Assembly (NCBI GenBank): GCA_012026655.1
Contig: JAAILG010002055.1
Span: forward strand, 1 to 58,415
DNA from: Hydrolagus affinis
Lineage: Eukaryota
Direction of reading: 5' to 3'
DNA: 58,415 nucleotides
A program made the position numbers and the translations under genes. Shown one piece after another: positions 12,445 to 25,313 of this stretch. The notes under the pieces are model-generated. The model did no database searches and was not told the origin of the DNA. It saw only the letters and a list, made by a program, of their open reading frames with translations. Each line of letters begins with the position of its first letter. Position 1 is the stretch's first letter.

Positions 12445-12698
12445 AGGGTGGTAACTTTTAGTGTCTGAAAACCAGATCTTAGTACTGTAGTGTATATTTT
12501 GATATCCCTGCTCTGTGTATTCCTGCAGTGCAGGGGATACTGGAAGTTTTAGTTTCGCTGTTCGGTTTCTTCCCTACTTACTGCAGGCAATGGGCAATAA
12601 CTGGACCTTTGGTGTCTGGTCAATGCTTCCGACCGGATATTGTACAGATTCTATTAAACCTGGACATTCGGGTGTAAAACCAGACAGTTGCCAACTCT
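12445..12698. mobile_element. possible decayed hAT-type non-autonomous DNA transposon
   Basis: Imperfect TIR-like ends AGGGTGGTAACT / AGTTGCCAACTCT and repeated AAAACCAGA(C/T) subterminal motifs. No clear 8-bp TSD. Confidence 0.35.
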
Positions 12699-13504
12699 CT
12701 TATAAAATGTATAGTGAACAGTTTGGTGTGGTTAGAGATCGGTGACAAGACCAAATGTTCCACTTTTGTTATGCGTATCAAACTATCTTCAGTTATACTA
12801 TCAGCAGGGATACTGCGGTTTGGTAGCTTCTCAAACTTTCAGACTCCAGAGGCCCTTGCTCCATTATGCCTACCGGGTGTTGGAATGAACTGTTTCTCAG
12901 TTGTAGTCGAGGTACAGAAAATGGTCAGGAATAAATGATGAAGAAATATTTGTTCTGATTTACTAGTAGTTTTAAATAAAACTTCCCATGGTTGCTCTCT
13001 GAGTTGGCCTGGATTACGAAACCATCAGATTCACATCTGACTGGCTTCTTGCCACTTTTACTGAGACAAAGCAGTCAGCATATGTGTTAAACGCGTCATG
13101 TAATACCTCCCACATCACAAAGAAAAGCAGGGAAACCTTAACCATAAACCCTGTGTGCACTTAGTTTGGATCAGGCTGACGCAAACTGAATGCCATCTCC
13201 ATGGGGTAGTAAATAAAACCAGGGTATGGAATTTGCTTGTCTCCAGCATTACTATCTAGTTTAAGAATGGCTTTCTCAGGGAACCATCACATAAAGATCA
13301 AGAGAGAAGGTCAAAACCATATATTCTGAATGACATTTCTTTCTATTGCTGACATTGTCTAGATAAAGTCCCTTCTTACCTGCAAGAAATCTTTGAGCTG
13401 TATCTTTTTAATAACTGAAATCTGCTATAACCTCATGATTATCATCAAGATATATAATACTTCTGGGTCATAAGGAATAAAACAACCACTCTAAAACTTT
13501 ATTT

Positions 13505-13650
13505 ACACAAGGGGGAAATGAGAGTGGTAGGAGGATGGAGTTCTAGAGGTTAGGTGCATGGTAACTGAAGGCTTGGCCACCAATGGTGGTTCTGAGAGGA
13601 TGTGCAGCAAGTCCAAGTTAACTGAACAGGCAAATGGGCAGATGAGAAAG
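13505..13650 (-). mobile_element. old L2 ORF2 C-terminal fragment
   Basis: Minus frame TIGGQAFSYHAPNL*NSIL corresponds to the L2 'G.RAFS..AP.LWNSLP' motif. Confidence 0.7.
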
Positions 13651-14369
13651 GTAGAAGGATATATTAATCCATCTAATACTGTAGAGTTTTCAAATAGGTG
13701 CAACTCAAGTAATACTGTCACCCAACAGTTTTAAGTTGCAGGCATGAACAATGGAATTTAAGTTTAGAGTCTAAAACCGCATAGTAACAGATGTAATCAG
13801 TGCAACTCCATGACCTAATCGCATACTGTCCTGTTTATAAGTCTAGTAAAATATATTTTATCAGGCGATAATGCATCTATAAAGTCCAAAAATGTTCACT
13901 TTCCTCCTCCCTTCAGTGGGGTTTTGAAATAATATGCCAGTTCCTCATTTGCAAAGTCACAGATTAATTTTGGAAGCCGGGTGGCTGGCAACATGTGGAA
14001 ACCCATCACTAAGTGTGAGAATATTAGACCAGACTGAGTTTCAGAGTTCCACAAAGATATTTAACTGTGTCTGGAATGTGCTGCTGGGAAGGATGAATCT
14101 AACCAGAGAGTATCAAGCACAGGTTGGCAAGTGCCAACGCTTGAGGGTCTTTATGTGCGTGACCAGCTAAGAAGCTGATTCTTCAGTTGCTGGTAAATTT
14201 ACTGTGGGAAAATTCCTATATAGGTCACGACACTGTAATTTACCTAGTACACATATACCCAGTGCACAAACATGCTCTGCACAAAAAGTGCAGATCTGTT
14301 GACTATTTACTGACCCATCGAAAAATTAGCCATTAAATCTGAACTAACATAAATAGCTGTGTGTCATCC

Positions 14370-14605
14370 ACCTCCTCTGCACCACCATTGATGGCCAAGC
14401 CTTCAACTGTTATGCCCCTAACTTCTGATATACCACCCCATGCCCACCACACACACACACCTGTCTTTAAATCATGTCTTAAAACCTAGCTCTTCGACTA
14501 TCAATTTGGTAATAAGCTATTTGCCTCTGTTTTGCATTCTGGATCGCTCTGCTGGTGGAAACAATGGTGAATCTCTTCGGCATTGTAAAAGAGTCATTAG
14601 AAATT
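14370..14605 (+). mobile_element. old L2 3' fragment
   Basis: TTIDGQAFNCYAPNF* ... FKSCLKT*LF. Same subfamily as 13505, opposite orientation. Confidence 0.7.
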
Positions 14606-15189
14606 TTTCCTATACTCAATGCTGATCTCATCGAGTCAGGTTCCTCCAAGCAACTCTGAGAAAATGCAGGTTGGCAGTTGTTAGCATTCTCAGAATGGCA
14701 GGATGGGTGTTCCTAACCCCATGGCAATGTGAACCTAGCAATTTAATGCAATCTTCTCCTATGCAATTTTTAAAATATCATTTAGATCTTTTCATGTTGC
14801 TTTGTACATGTGCTCAACAGTTGAATGGCCACCTGCAATACCTTGCGTCATGCCATGCACCAAGCCCTGGGGGTTGGGAAATTGACACCAGACCCAAAGT
14901 TTTGCCAGTCTCCTCTTTATTATCTTATCCCAATCTCCACCTTGTGTTATGTAAAACCATGGCTTCCTCAATCTCTTTTATTAGTTAACTATTGCCTTCG
15001 ACGTTGCTTTGCTGATACTCCCAGATGATGATTTATCAGGTCAAGGGCTTCCTTTGCATCTTGTTCAGCTAGTTAAAAGCAGTGTCAAAGCTTTGTTCTG
15101 GTTTGACAGGTAAAGTTACCATTCCTAGTAAATTACAATGTGGGAGAAACTCCATGAATGATTTACTGAGTAAAAATACCACATGATGT

Positions 15190-15308
15190 GATACTGAGCT
15201 ACACAGAATGAAAAAAATCCCTGGATAGATCCCAGGTCTCGATTGATTAAGTAGACGGCAGCAGGGTGGTATAGTCAGGGAACTATAATTGACAACAGTA
15301 TCCCCAGT
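15190..15308 (+). mobile_element. family C 5' fragment
   Basis: ACTGAGC...TCCCAGGTC...ACTATAATTGAC, similar to 48918-49065. Confidence 0.4.
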
Positions 15309-15767
15309 CCATCATTCTTTTGGCTAACATCATGTGTAGTTGCTACTTGACTGGCCTTTTGCCAGGTAACTGGATTACTGAGGTCCTAATGACAAAAGGC
15401 TTCCTGCCCTTTTGGCAGAGATATTGGTTTGAGGTGTCAGAATATGCAAAGCTTTTTACACAGTTGTATGTTCTCTAAGAGTCTCCCACCCACCCATCCC
15501 CTTTCACCAACCAGCCAAAAATATCCCAATTCTGCCCCTGGCTAAGCCAAGTGCCTGACGGTTTAGGGCAGGATTATCCTGCATTATGAATCTCTCTGGA
15601 TTAAATATCCCATTGGTATTCACTTGCCTGGATTCACATGGGAGACGGATCAGCACCTGCAATACCATAAAATAATTTAAAATAAGCAGCAATTTATCAA
15701 TAGCAATTTATACAGCACCTTGAAGTGTTTTATAGAATATAATTGATTAATAAAAAAATTAGATGTA

Positions 15768-16085
15768 TAATAATCCTTGCATTTTAATATCAATAAATAA
15801 TATAATCCTTGCATTTGATGTAGCGCCTCATCACCTCTTTGAGATATCTCAAAGTGCTTCACAGAATATACTGTATAGTGAATTGACTGAATATTTTGTA
15901 GAGGAAACACAGTAGCCATTTGCGCAAAGCAGTTTCCCACAAACAGTCAAGAATTGACCAATTTATTTTGAGGAATTATTATCCCCTGAAAAGCCAAATG
16001 CCAGTCAACTAACAATTGGGTTCCGACTTACTGCTAGGTAAACAGAATTGTGTGGAGTAAGGAAACTTGCCCAATATTTCACCTT
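15768..16085 (-). mobile_element. SINE family A, long variant, headless, with duplicated tail
   Basis: ATAATCCTTGCATTT occurs twice (~15770 and ~15802). Long CORE segment at 15982-16047. Confidence 0.9.
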
Positions 16086-16086
16086 G

Positions 16087-16222
16087 TCACGTCTTGAGGA
16101 TGTCTCAAAAGCATTCCCAGAATATATTGTAAAGTGAATTGACTGCAATTGACATGGTGAAACGTGGCAGCCAATTGCACACTGCAGTGTCCCACAAATA
16201 ATCGTGGACTGAGGAACCAATT
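16087..16222 (-). mobile_element. SINE family A 3'-body fragment, tandem to the previous copy
   Basis: TCACGTCTTGAGGATGTCTCAAAAGCA...GTAAAGTGAATTGACTG...GTGTCCCACAAA. Confidence 0.85.
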
Positions 16223-16599
16223 TTTAAAAAATATATTAGCAAATGCAGCAGTTAATCTTCACACAGCGCACACCCCATGCTCAACATGAGTAACCATCTT
16301 CAAGAGAAGAAAAGTAGGTGTGAGGAGAGAGAAAAACTGAGGCAAACAAAGTTAGCATGTGACAAATACAAATATTACTATTCGTAAGGCTCAGTAAACA
16401 ACTTTCAATGTGCTTCGACCTCCCAGGGACAATTCTACCCCCACAGCAATGGGAGTCGGCCAAGAGTTGGTGTCAACCCGTAGAAATCTGAGGGTTTCAC
16501 GTCACCTCACCAAAAGGTTGGGGAGGAGGCTATGTGTTTATGTTAATAGTTTAGAACAGGTTAAGTTGTTACAGTAAGTTATTGGGGTTAGATCAGAAC

Positions 16600-17160
16600 A
16601 ATCCAAGATGGCAATGGGAAGGGGTCACTTGTGATCTTCACAGAGAAGATATTTGGGGGGAAGTATCAAAAATGGAGTTTTAGAAACTCTCCAAAACCAT
16701 CTGCATAGTGAAGGTTAAATCAGAGCAGAAAAATATTTTAATAGCAAAGCATTGATAATTTCAATCTCAGCTGTTTGATTGGTTGAAGGTGCTAAATGAA
16801 CAATGCTGCCAATGCTGGCACAGCAAGGCAGAGGCCAGGTAGTTAGCTAGAGCAAGGCAGGAAATCTCAGTGTGAAAATTCTTTCTGATGCTCAACTCAA
16901 AAGGGGCACTGGGGGAGGCTTGGCACTTATTGGAGGGACGTGTGATTATATTGACTGAGGCTTGTGATCGCAGTGACTGAAGCTTGCCATCGCATTGGAG
17001 AGGCTTGCGATGAGGTTGCCTGTTGATCCTCGGGGGAACTGCAGCCAGGGACATGAAGAGTGGGATGGGATAAAATCCAAGAGGAATAAGTAAACACTGG
17101 GATGAGCTGATAAGTGACAATGATTTATTTCTGACCGAATCCCAATTAGCCAGCTTCAAC
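16600..17160 (-). mobile_element. highly decayed L2 ORF2 N-terminus (APE endonuclease)
   Basis: ORF 16767..17159: LKLANWDSVRNK...AAVPP...APFE...NFHTEISCL...STFNQSNS follows the L2 endonuclease motif order (NVRSL.NK / PPGY / SFE / F.TE.S.LL / GDFN). Confidence 0.5.
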
Positions 17161-18204
17161 TATAATTACATGCCCATTTTTTTAAAAAAAGGAATTACCC
17201 TTTAACTGAGAACATGAATGGGGAGTGTAGCGACTCTGGATCATTTCCACGGGACATTCTTTTTCCCTTTGTGCAAACAGCTGTGAATCAGCGCTGCTCA
17301 TGTAAACAGTACTGTTTGATTGGGCAAACATCTATAATTAGTGCTGCCTTCAAACTCTCAGGTCAGTATCAGCAAATCCCACCTATACATTAGCAAAAGG
17401 GACAAGCACTTTGAAGTAACACCTTTGAAGTTGAATGCTGCTTTAAAACTGTGGTAGATTAACTTTTAATTTAAAATGAACTACTGCAAACGTGTCTAAA
17501 ATCCTTCTTGAAACAGAAATGGTTGAAGAGAATGGCCACAAGTTCACTAAAAATAGGCAGTTTGCAGAAGCTACACAAGTTTACAATTGCCCCCATGGAA
17601 TCGTTTCTGATCTGCATGAAATTCAGACAGTAAAGATCTTGTAGGATTTGGAAAACTGAACTGTCATGTGAAGGACATTTTGTATGATACTTTACTTCTC
17701 TCACAAGTGGGAAAGCTATAACTCTTCCAGGCGACAGGTACAAATGAACAATCTTGCGATAGCTCCACAACCATTGCTGGTCAAATGGCCTATTTAATAT
17801 TGGCAATTGGAAGAATTAGTGGCAGTTTGTGAATGCCCACTGCCCAGTATCCCAGGGCAGAATCAGTGTCCTCAGGAGAAGAGCAGGGAGAAGAATATTG
17901 GTTTAAAAAAATCCGAATTGCTTTCCAAGGCAGGAACACATCGTAGGGTTGAGATGACTTTGATAAAGTGCTGAAGCTTCACTCTTGTGGTATACAATAT
18001 CATCTTAATGCATTTTCTGATGACTCAATGCAGGCCAAATTATCCAATATTTATTGAAGTAAAATTGGTTGGTTTAGCCATTTGTTCACTCAAATGTACA
18101 ATATATTGTATCTGTGGTTTTAGCAAGTTACCAACTCATTGATGTAACTGCAAACTAGGAATAGAATTTTTTTTAAATCAGCAAATTCAATCCATAAACT
18201 GAGA

Positions 18205-18500
18205 TGAATCAGGGAAAATCTCCCTTCTCTTTTTGTCTGGTGCCATGGATTCTTTAACATCAAGGCAAATGAGACAGAAGTTGGTTTAATAATAATAATA
18301 ATAATAATCCTTGCATTTGATATAGCGCTTTTCACATCTTATCGACGTCTCAAAGCACTTCACAAAACATACTGCAAACATCTCATCCGAAGGACAGCTC
18401 CTCTGACAAGGCAGAGCTCCCCAGGACTGCATTGGCATTGCAGTCTTATTTTGAATCCACAAACTTCTGACTTGAAAGTGAGAATACTACTAACTCTGAG
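18205..18500 (-). mobile_element. DeuSINE-like, interrupted by a family A tail
   Basis: GTGCCATGGATTCTTTAACATC...GGTTTAA | CATCTCATCCGAAGGACAGC...TTGAATCCACAAACTTCTGACT. Confidence 0.75.
18287..18377 (-). mobile_element. SINE family A 3' tail
   Basis: (TAA)n-TCCTTGCATTTGATATAGCGCTTTTCACATCTTATCGACGTCTCAAAGCACTT. Confidence 0.9.
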
Positions 18501-18642
18501 TTTGGATCACACAAAATCACATTAGAATCTCAGAGTGCCTAACAGTGATTTTCTATAAAGTGCAGCAACTGTGCAGTTGTACATGAATGTGGCAGTTGAT
18601 TTGTGCGCTGCAAAGCCCCGCAAATATAAAGAGATCTATTTA

Positions 18643-18940
18643 AGGGTGAAACCTTAGACAAGATTCCTTACTTCACATGTCTCTGTCTACCTAACAGTGA
18701 GTAGGAACCCAGTTGTTAGTCGATTGGTGGATTGCTTTCCGGGGGTAATAATTCCTCAAAATAAGAAAAATTGTAATTCCATACACGTCTGTTTGTGGGA
18801 CACTGCTGCATGCAATTAGCTGGCGCATTTCACCCAAAAAACATAGTCAGTTCACTTTACAGTATTTTCAGTGAAGCGCTTTGAGAACATCTCAACTACG
18901 CAATAAGTTGTTATATCAAATACAAGGATGATTATTATTA
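18643..18940 (+). mobile_element. SINE family A, long variant, headless
   Basis: CORE with CTCTGTCTACCTAACAGTGAGTAGGAACCC...GATTGGTGGATTGCTTTCCGGGGG, body and (TTA)n tail. Confidence 0.92.
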
Positions 18941-21469
18941 TCTGTATGATCCCAATCCAGTGATGTAATGATAAAAATAACACATCAGGCACCCATGAAG
19001 CACAGAAAATATCCAAAGCTTATGCTTCCTTTAGTGGGTTCCTTTTTCATATTGACACATTAATATAGTATCAGTGAAGGGTTTATTTAAACCCGTAATT
19101 CTATTCTTTACAGTTCATCCATCTGAATAAAACGGAACCACTAAATGGACAGTTGCTTATGGCCTGTATGAACACGCAGACTGTGTACTCTCGGATGCTG
19201 TTTATTATTCTTCACGGTGATATCTATAATTTATGAGCAAACTGTTTTGTAAGCATTCCATAAAGGTTGAGTAAAGTATTTGGTTGTTAACGCTTACATT
19301 GTCATGCTCTGAATTGAAATGTGCCCACTTACATTCTATTCATCAAAGCACAAAGACATCAAGGCAAAGATATTATCCAAATATTATTAAAACTTTGAAC
19401 CTTGTCCCCATAAATTATGGCAAAATGGCTTCTGAGCCATTAGCCAGGAAAAATGTATGGGCTTCAGTTGCTTTGGAGTAATTATGTGCTTAAAAGGAAG
19501 CGTGGCTAAGCATTCTCCCAGTAAAACAAGAAGAGTCATGATCATTTGTTACTTCTTTAGTACTGCTCAGTATTTTTCATGCAGGTCAAACCAACCTTAC
19601 AGCAGCACCATTATCTTCCCAGAGAGACCAAACATCTGTTACTAAGTACATACAGACACTGCTGCAACATGCTAAAAATCTTGTCCAGTTCATCTGTTTG
19701 GCTTACAGTACTATGCTTTAAACACTTGGCCAAGTTTACAAATCAACCCCCATTTCTCATTGTTAGTAGGATGCATCAGCAATGAAATATGCAGCACTTC
19801 GACTCCCCCATTAGATCCTTAAATATATGCACAGCTGTAAGATACCGGCAAGGAGCCTGTCCTCTGCCACATAACCCTTAACCATTCCTTGAGCTCTGTT
19901 CAATTAAGCAGCAAAATGCAGTATGTCGGGGCGAGCTCTACAAGTACAAGTCTAGCCAGTATTTTGGAATAGATCTGAACCAAGACAATAGCAAAGGTAC
20001 ATTGCTTGTAGTCAGATTGCTAGGCAACAGAAATAATTATCCCTTTAACAGAAAAGAACAAAACTGGGCCTTGCAATTTTTTTAAAAAAAATTTGGGGGT
20101 GGGGGGGTTTGCCTAAATGTGGATTTGACGTCCACGTGTTCATATTTTTCAGCCTCGATGTTTGAATAGAAAACAGCGGACAGTAAAATTGTCTTTGTCC
20201 TGGCTCGAGTTCAGACTCCCACTCCAAAGATAACCAGTGTGAGAGGGAATGAGGAGGACATTTCACCAGAGCTACAGTAATTGATTAAACATCTGTTAAA
20301 CTGCAGGTGGCCTCTCCTTCTTTTCATGGGGTGTTTGATAATGGATGATCTAATCTGTGTTCCTACATTGTTTACTTCATTACACAGGTGACAGAGATGA
20401 AGTGATAGTATCTGCCAACTTTTAAAAAATGACTTGCCTGCAAGAAATGATTGTGCTAATTTCCAGTGGGAAGAGCTGCAACAGGCAACAAGCTCGGCTT
20501 ACATGAAATCTTTATTTCCCGCGCCTCCCTGGACCCACTTACTTGTGGAGCTTGAAATTCAACTTTTACATTCTTTGATTGCTTGCTTGGGGCCACACAT
20601 AACAATTACTGCTGCCAGGGCATTAGAAACTGATAATTATAAGGACATGAGCTTTGTATTACTGAACAATGGTTAAAAATAGTGCTTCCTCATAGTTCTG
20701 TGACGGTTATTAGCCCAAGATTTCTCTACTGTTATTTTTACAATGAGAGCTGCCCCAAGACCAGTGTGATATCATGTCTCGGAGAACCATGAAGAATCTT
20801 AGCATTTTAACAAGGGGCCACGGCTCTCTGGCTTGGTCGGAAAAGAAAAATTCATATCTACATTATAAAAGTATTGAATATTAAGAGAGATTTTAAATCT
20901 AATGCATATACTGGCATTTCACAGCTTTTTCATTGTGTGTAACACAGCCCATGAGCACCATCATAATATGTTTATGCTACATCTAGACACCACACCATGA
21001 TACACTTATGACTTTATCATTCATGAATTCATCGGTCAAGTCTCCTTTTTTGTATAAATGTCATATCTTTCCAGGACCCATGGGATACTCTCTAATTGCA
21101 CTGAATCTGTTGGTAACTGCATGAAAAATTGTAGAATGTTTCTCTATTGTGTTTCTTAAATGCATCTCTGTCTTTGGTGGTTTAGATTCAGACACTAAGC
21201 AATTTATTTCCTGTTTGTTGAAAGCTTTAAGCTGCCCTTGTTTTGTCCGCGACAGCTTTACTGTCTTTTGGAACAGTAAACAGCATGTAAGGGAATGATT
21301 AATTTTAAGCCTTTAATTCTGTCAGTGGTGTGGCATCTTCCAGGCTACCTCGAAGGTATTCCAGTTTTGTCTCTTAAGATGATAAAGTCACCTTCCTGAA
21401 AAGTTTGAACTACTGAAAGGCCGTAAGATAAAAACAAGAACTCGTTTAAAGCACTCATTTACAGTTTAC

Positions 21470-21882
21470 TCTTTCTCTTCCTCTCATCTCCTAAAATCAT
21501 TGATTTGTGTGGTATTACAGTTTCAGTATCTCACCCACACAAGTGCCCTGGATAATTAATGCCGTCAGGAAACTCTCAAGCATGTTGGCATCACGATATA
21601 GCTCAACTCACACCTTCACTGGATGGTTCTATATGCCAACCTTCCAGCAGGAGTCACTGGATTACAAACACTGGCAGAATTTGTCCCCTTCGTAGCCCAG
21701 GGATGTGGAGGCCAAACCCAAAGTTCCAATTCCTGCTGCCATCTGACACTACCAACAACAACAACAAAATTACATTTCTAGAGCGCCTTTCGCCTCGGGA
21801 GGAAGTCCCAATTCACAGACCTTCTGAATCTGCATGGCTGAGATTTACACTTGGCTATGGCTTTACCAAGTGAGCCAGTGGA
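21470..21882 (-). mobile_element. family C near-full-length copy, interrupted by an L2 tail
   Basis: Pyrimidine-rich end, GGCATCAC, TTCCAGCAGGAGTCACTGGA, AGCCCAGGG, and a tRNA-like head remnant (TTACCAAGTGAGCCA) beyond the insertion. Confidence 0.5.
21752..21811 (-). mobile_element. tail-only L2 insertion
   Basis: CCAA-(CAA)n-AATTACATTTCTAGAGCGCCTTTCGCCTCGGGAGGAAGTC-CCAA. Confidence 0.9.
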
Positions 21883-22164
21883 GGAGAAATAGGCACATTT
21901 TAATAATAGCAAAATACATGTATTGATTTTCAAATATGGTATTAAATTTAGACAGGTACAGTATTCACTTAACTTTTTTTTATGGCTCAGACCTTTAGTA
22001 TGATATTATTACTGTACTGTTGTTCTGGTCGACAATCCCCGTAAAATAACTAAGATCTAAACTTCTTGAGTTTACGATGCCATGCAAAATTCCAGGAAAT
22101 TCCAGTATAAAAGTTATGGACTCCGGGATAGTTTGCAGAGTTTGAGTTTTCAGATACTTTTTGA

Positions 22165-22457
22165 GATGACGCTCTAGTACAATGCTGAGGGAGATGGGCT
22201 GCATTGTTAGAGGTGCCATCGTTCGATGAGATGAGAGTCTGTTCGCCCGTTCGGATGGTTGCAAATGATCCCGTGATGCCATTTGAAAAGAATTGTCATT
22301 ATGGAACCTGGTTGCTGTGTTGGGTTGCTTGGTTTTATCTACCTCCTCCCTACTTTCTTACTCTGGTTTCCACACTGTCCTTCAAAAGTGTTTCTTCCAA
22401 GAAAGGTGTTACGTGTAAGTTGTAACTAGTGTAAGTTGTTGTTGTATTGTTATTGTT
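22165..22457 (+). mobile_element. DeuSINE-like body and tail
   Basis: TGACGCTCTAGTACAATGCTGAGGGAG...GAGGTGCCATCGTTCGATGAGATG...GATCCC, the Deu-type central region. Confidence 0.7.
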
Positions 22458-24540
22458 GAAAGCACCTGGCTCCAGCCCATACAAAAAACAGTGGGCGAAA
22501 CAGCTACATGAACAGTGGCTTAGGAACACATTGAAACCAGCAGGGCTGTTGTGGCAGTGTCGCTGATAAGAGTAAATGAGAATGAGAAGGTTACTCGTAG
22601 GTGCCCTTTCTGGACTGATGTATGGAATGTAGACGTCCCAGACTCAATAGCTAAAACTAGTGATTTATGTAGGTGCCAGAAACAGATAGAACCGGGCTAC
22701 TTAATATTTATTCAGGTACAAAGTAACACTAAGCATCACAAAATAAAATGGGAAAACAGTGCCTCAAGGCACGATTGGTTGGCAGAAGCACTGAGCCCAC
22801 TGACAATAACTAGAAATCCTGTGCAGGCTGTCGAGTAACAATGCCTGTTTCACTTTCAAGCCAGTAGCTTGAGAATCTAAACAGTTTGAATCAGATTTTA
22901 TGTAAACAGATGCATTTGAACTTTCACTGATTTTGAGCTTCCTCCTTTACTCCCGCCCTGCCTCCACCACCATATAAAACGTAGCACATGTGTTCAGGGA
23001 GTAATGAGATTCACACTGCACCCACCCTGCTCTGTGGATGGACTGGTTGAAGAAGAGGCTGTGTAAATGCTGAGGCAGGGCTTGGAGAGATGGCAAGTGA
23101 ACCGGGTTGGCTGTGTAACTGGGAATCTATACAAGGCAGAAATTATGGCCAACAAGTCTTTCTTTTCCGTAAAGAAAAAAACCCAGTAAAGCTCGCTTCC
23201 TGACCAAATCACATACTGCATTAAACATTTTTCCACATCTACTTCCGCTCTGCCTTTAATCAAGAAAATAGATATAATTATTTTCGCTGGTCGAGCCTGT
23301 AGGCGGACTGCACAACTGACAATTAGTTTAGAGTCTGCAATCTATAAATGCAGTGCAGTAAGGCAAGTTAGCTGTGCTTACACCAGGCTATCTAATAAAG
23401 AGAAATAAAGCACAGTTTGGAATCAACACCGTTATCCAAACACAGTAATATCATCTGGAAGTCATTTGTAGGCCCTGATGATCTATCGCAAGTGTGTGTG
23501 AAAAATACGCACCCAGCGTTTATGAGATTTTCAAAATGATGACCACCATCTGTGCAAACCCACAAACTCACCAAACATCTCTCTGGCAAATGGCTGTGAG
23601 CATTTAAAGAGCTGAGGGAAAACACTGCTGGAATGCTGCGCTATTTATTGTTTATAAAAATAAACCGATCTGGGCAAAGGCATACAGAGAATTCATATCG
23701 AACAGCTGAGAAAGCAAGCTTCTGAAGTTATCAGTGCCTATCTATGATGCGATCAGACCACACTGCCAGACAAAACCTTGAGTTTCCGTCTTGTACTTTT
23801 GCTATTCTGCTCATGAAACTGGATCCACATACACAACTGTACCTTCAGAGTGCATCATGGGTGGCTGACATTGACACATTTTGAATGGAATTAATCCCAT
23901 TCATAGCGATTAATGATAATAATTAGTATATTAGTGAATTTTCCCTGCGATTTTGCCTTTTTTTTAAAACAAATTTCCCAGTGTCTGCCTGTTCATTTCT
24001 CCTGCTGCCTCTCTTAGAATTTACCGTCTTAACATTAATGAAGTTTGCCAGGGTAGTTTCACAAACATATCTAAGTTTGTCAGTTACAACAAATACCTGT
24101 TTGGTGCCAACTAGTCCTGCACCAGTGACTAGAAGTACATTGGAGAATTTATTTAACATTGGATATGGGTGAATGGATATCTCAGCAGTGGTGTTTCATG
24201 GTTGATCACATTTGGAGGCAACACCTTCACCGAGTCTACCCCCAAATCCAAACCCCACCCCTGCACAAGTGTTGCCTAAAGTGAGAACTGCTTGAAGTGA
24301 ATTTTTCCTTTGCATACTTGCAAAGTACCGTTATGATACTGAGGTAATGTTTGCATAAGAACTAGATGGACTAAGTGGATAGATCCTCTTGTTATGTTTG
24401 CCTAAATCTGTGTATTTTTGGCCAGTCAGTTGTATCGCAGCAGGTCTGTACGACCAAGTAAAGGAGAGGTTGTGTTGTGCTATTGTGCTTACACTGATGT
24501 ACACTCCCTTTACATTCATTCCTTCCCGTCATGTATTGTA

Positions 24541-24712
24541 GTAATAATACTTGCATTTGAGATAGTGCCTTATTGCGTCTTCAAGATGTCTTCTCAAAGA
24601 GTTTCACAGAATATACTGTAAAGTGAATTCTGCATATTTTGTTGGCAAAACACAGCAGCCCATTGCGCACAGCAGTGTCCCACAAATGGTCTAATTATTA
24701 ACAAAAAAAATT
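24541..24712 (-). mobile_element. SINE family A 3' half
   Basis: Matches the body and tail of the 33992 copy. Confidence 0.9.
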
Positions 24713-25264
24713 GTTTTCCCACAAATATTTGTACAATAGCCCTTGCTTTGTTTACCCAACTCTGAAAATGTATTCCCACACCAACAACAATAATAATAAT
24801 AATAATTCTTGCACTTGGAACAGTGGTTGCCACGTCAAAACATCTTTGTATTACTGTATTTTGCAGGATTTCCTTTAAAGAGTTGTGATGATGATTATAC
24901 TGTACAGTATTAAGAATTCTCCCTTTTCAGGTACTATTTTACAGTTTTAAGTAGGAGATCAAACTATATGCATATAAGTAAACAAAAATGATTGAAAACG
25001 GATTTTGTTAATAATTAGCAGACATTCATTGCTCAGGTCTACCTGTTAGATAACACAGCCATTTAGCATTCTTGATTTATTTTCTATCCTGCTGCATTCT
25101 TGCATTAGTTTCAGTGATACTCTCTAGTTCTGTTCTCTGTTCTATCCTTAACAAGGAAGGAAATCTGTACAATGTTTTGTACAATATGAGAGAGTACTTT
25201 CCCGACCACCCCCCGCCCCCCCCCCCACCCACCTCCTCCACCACCATGTTACGCAGGAGCTGAC

Positions 25265-25313
25265 TTTGGGACAGCTCCTTGGGACGTCCTCCCAACATGA
25301 AAGGCACTCCATA
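25265..25313 (+). mobile_element. L2 3' stem-loop fragment lacking the (TTG)n tail
   Basis: CAGCTCCTTGGGACGTCCTCCCAACATGAAAGGCACTCCATA. Confidence 0.75.
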
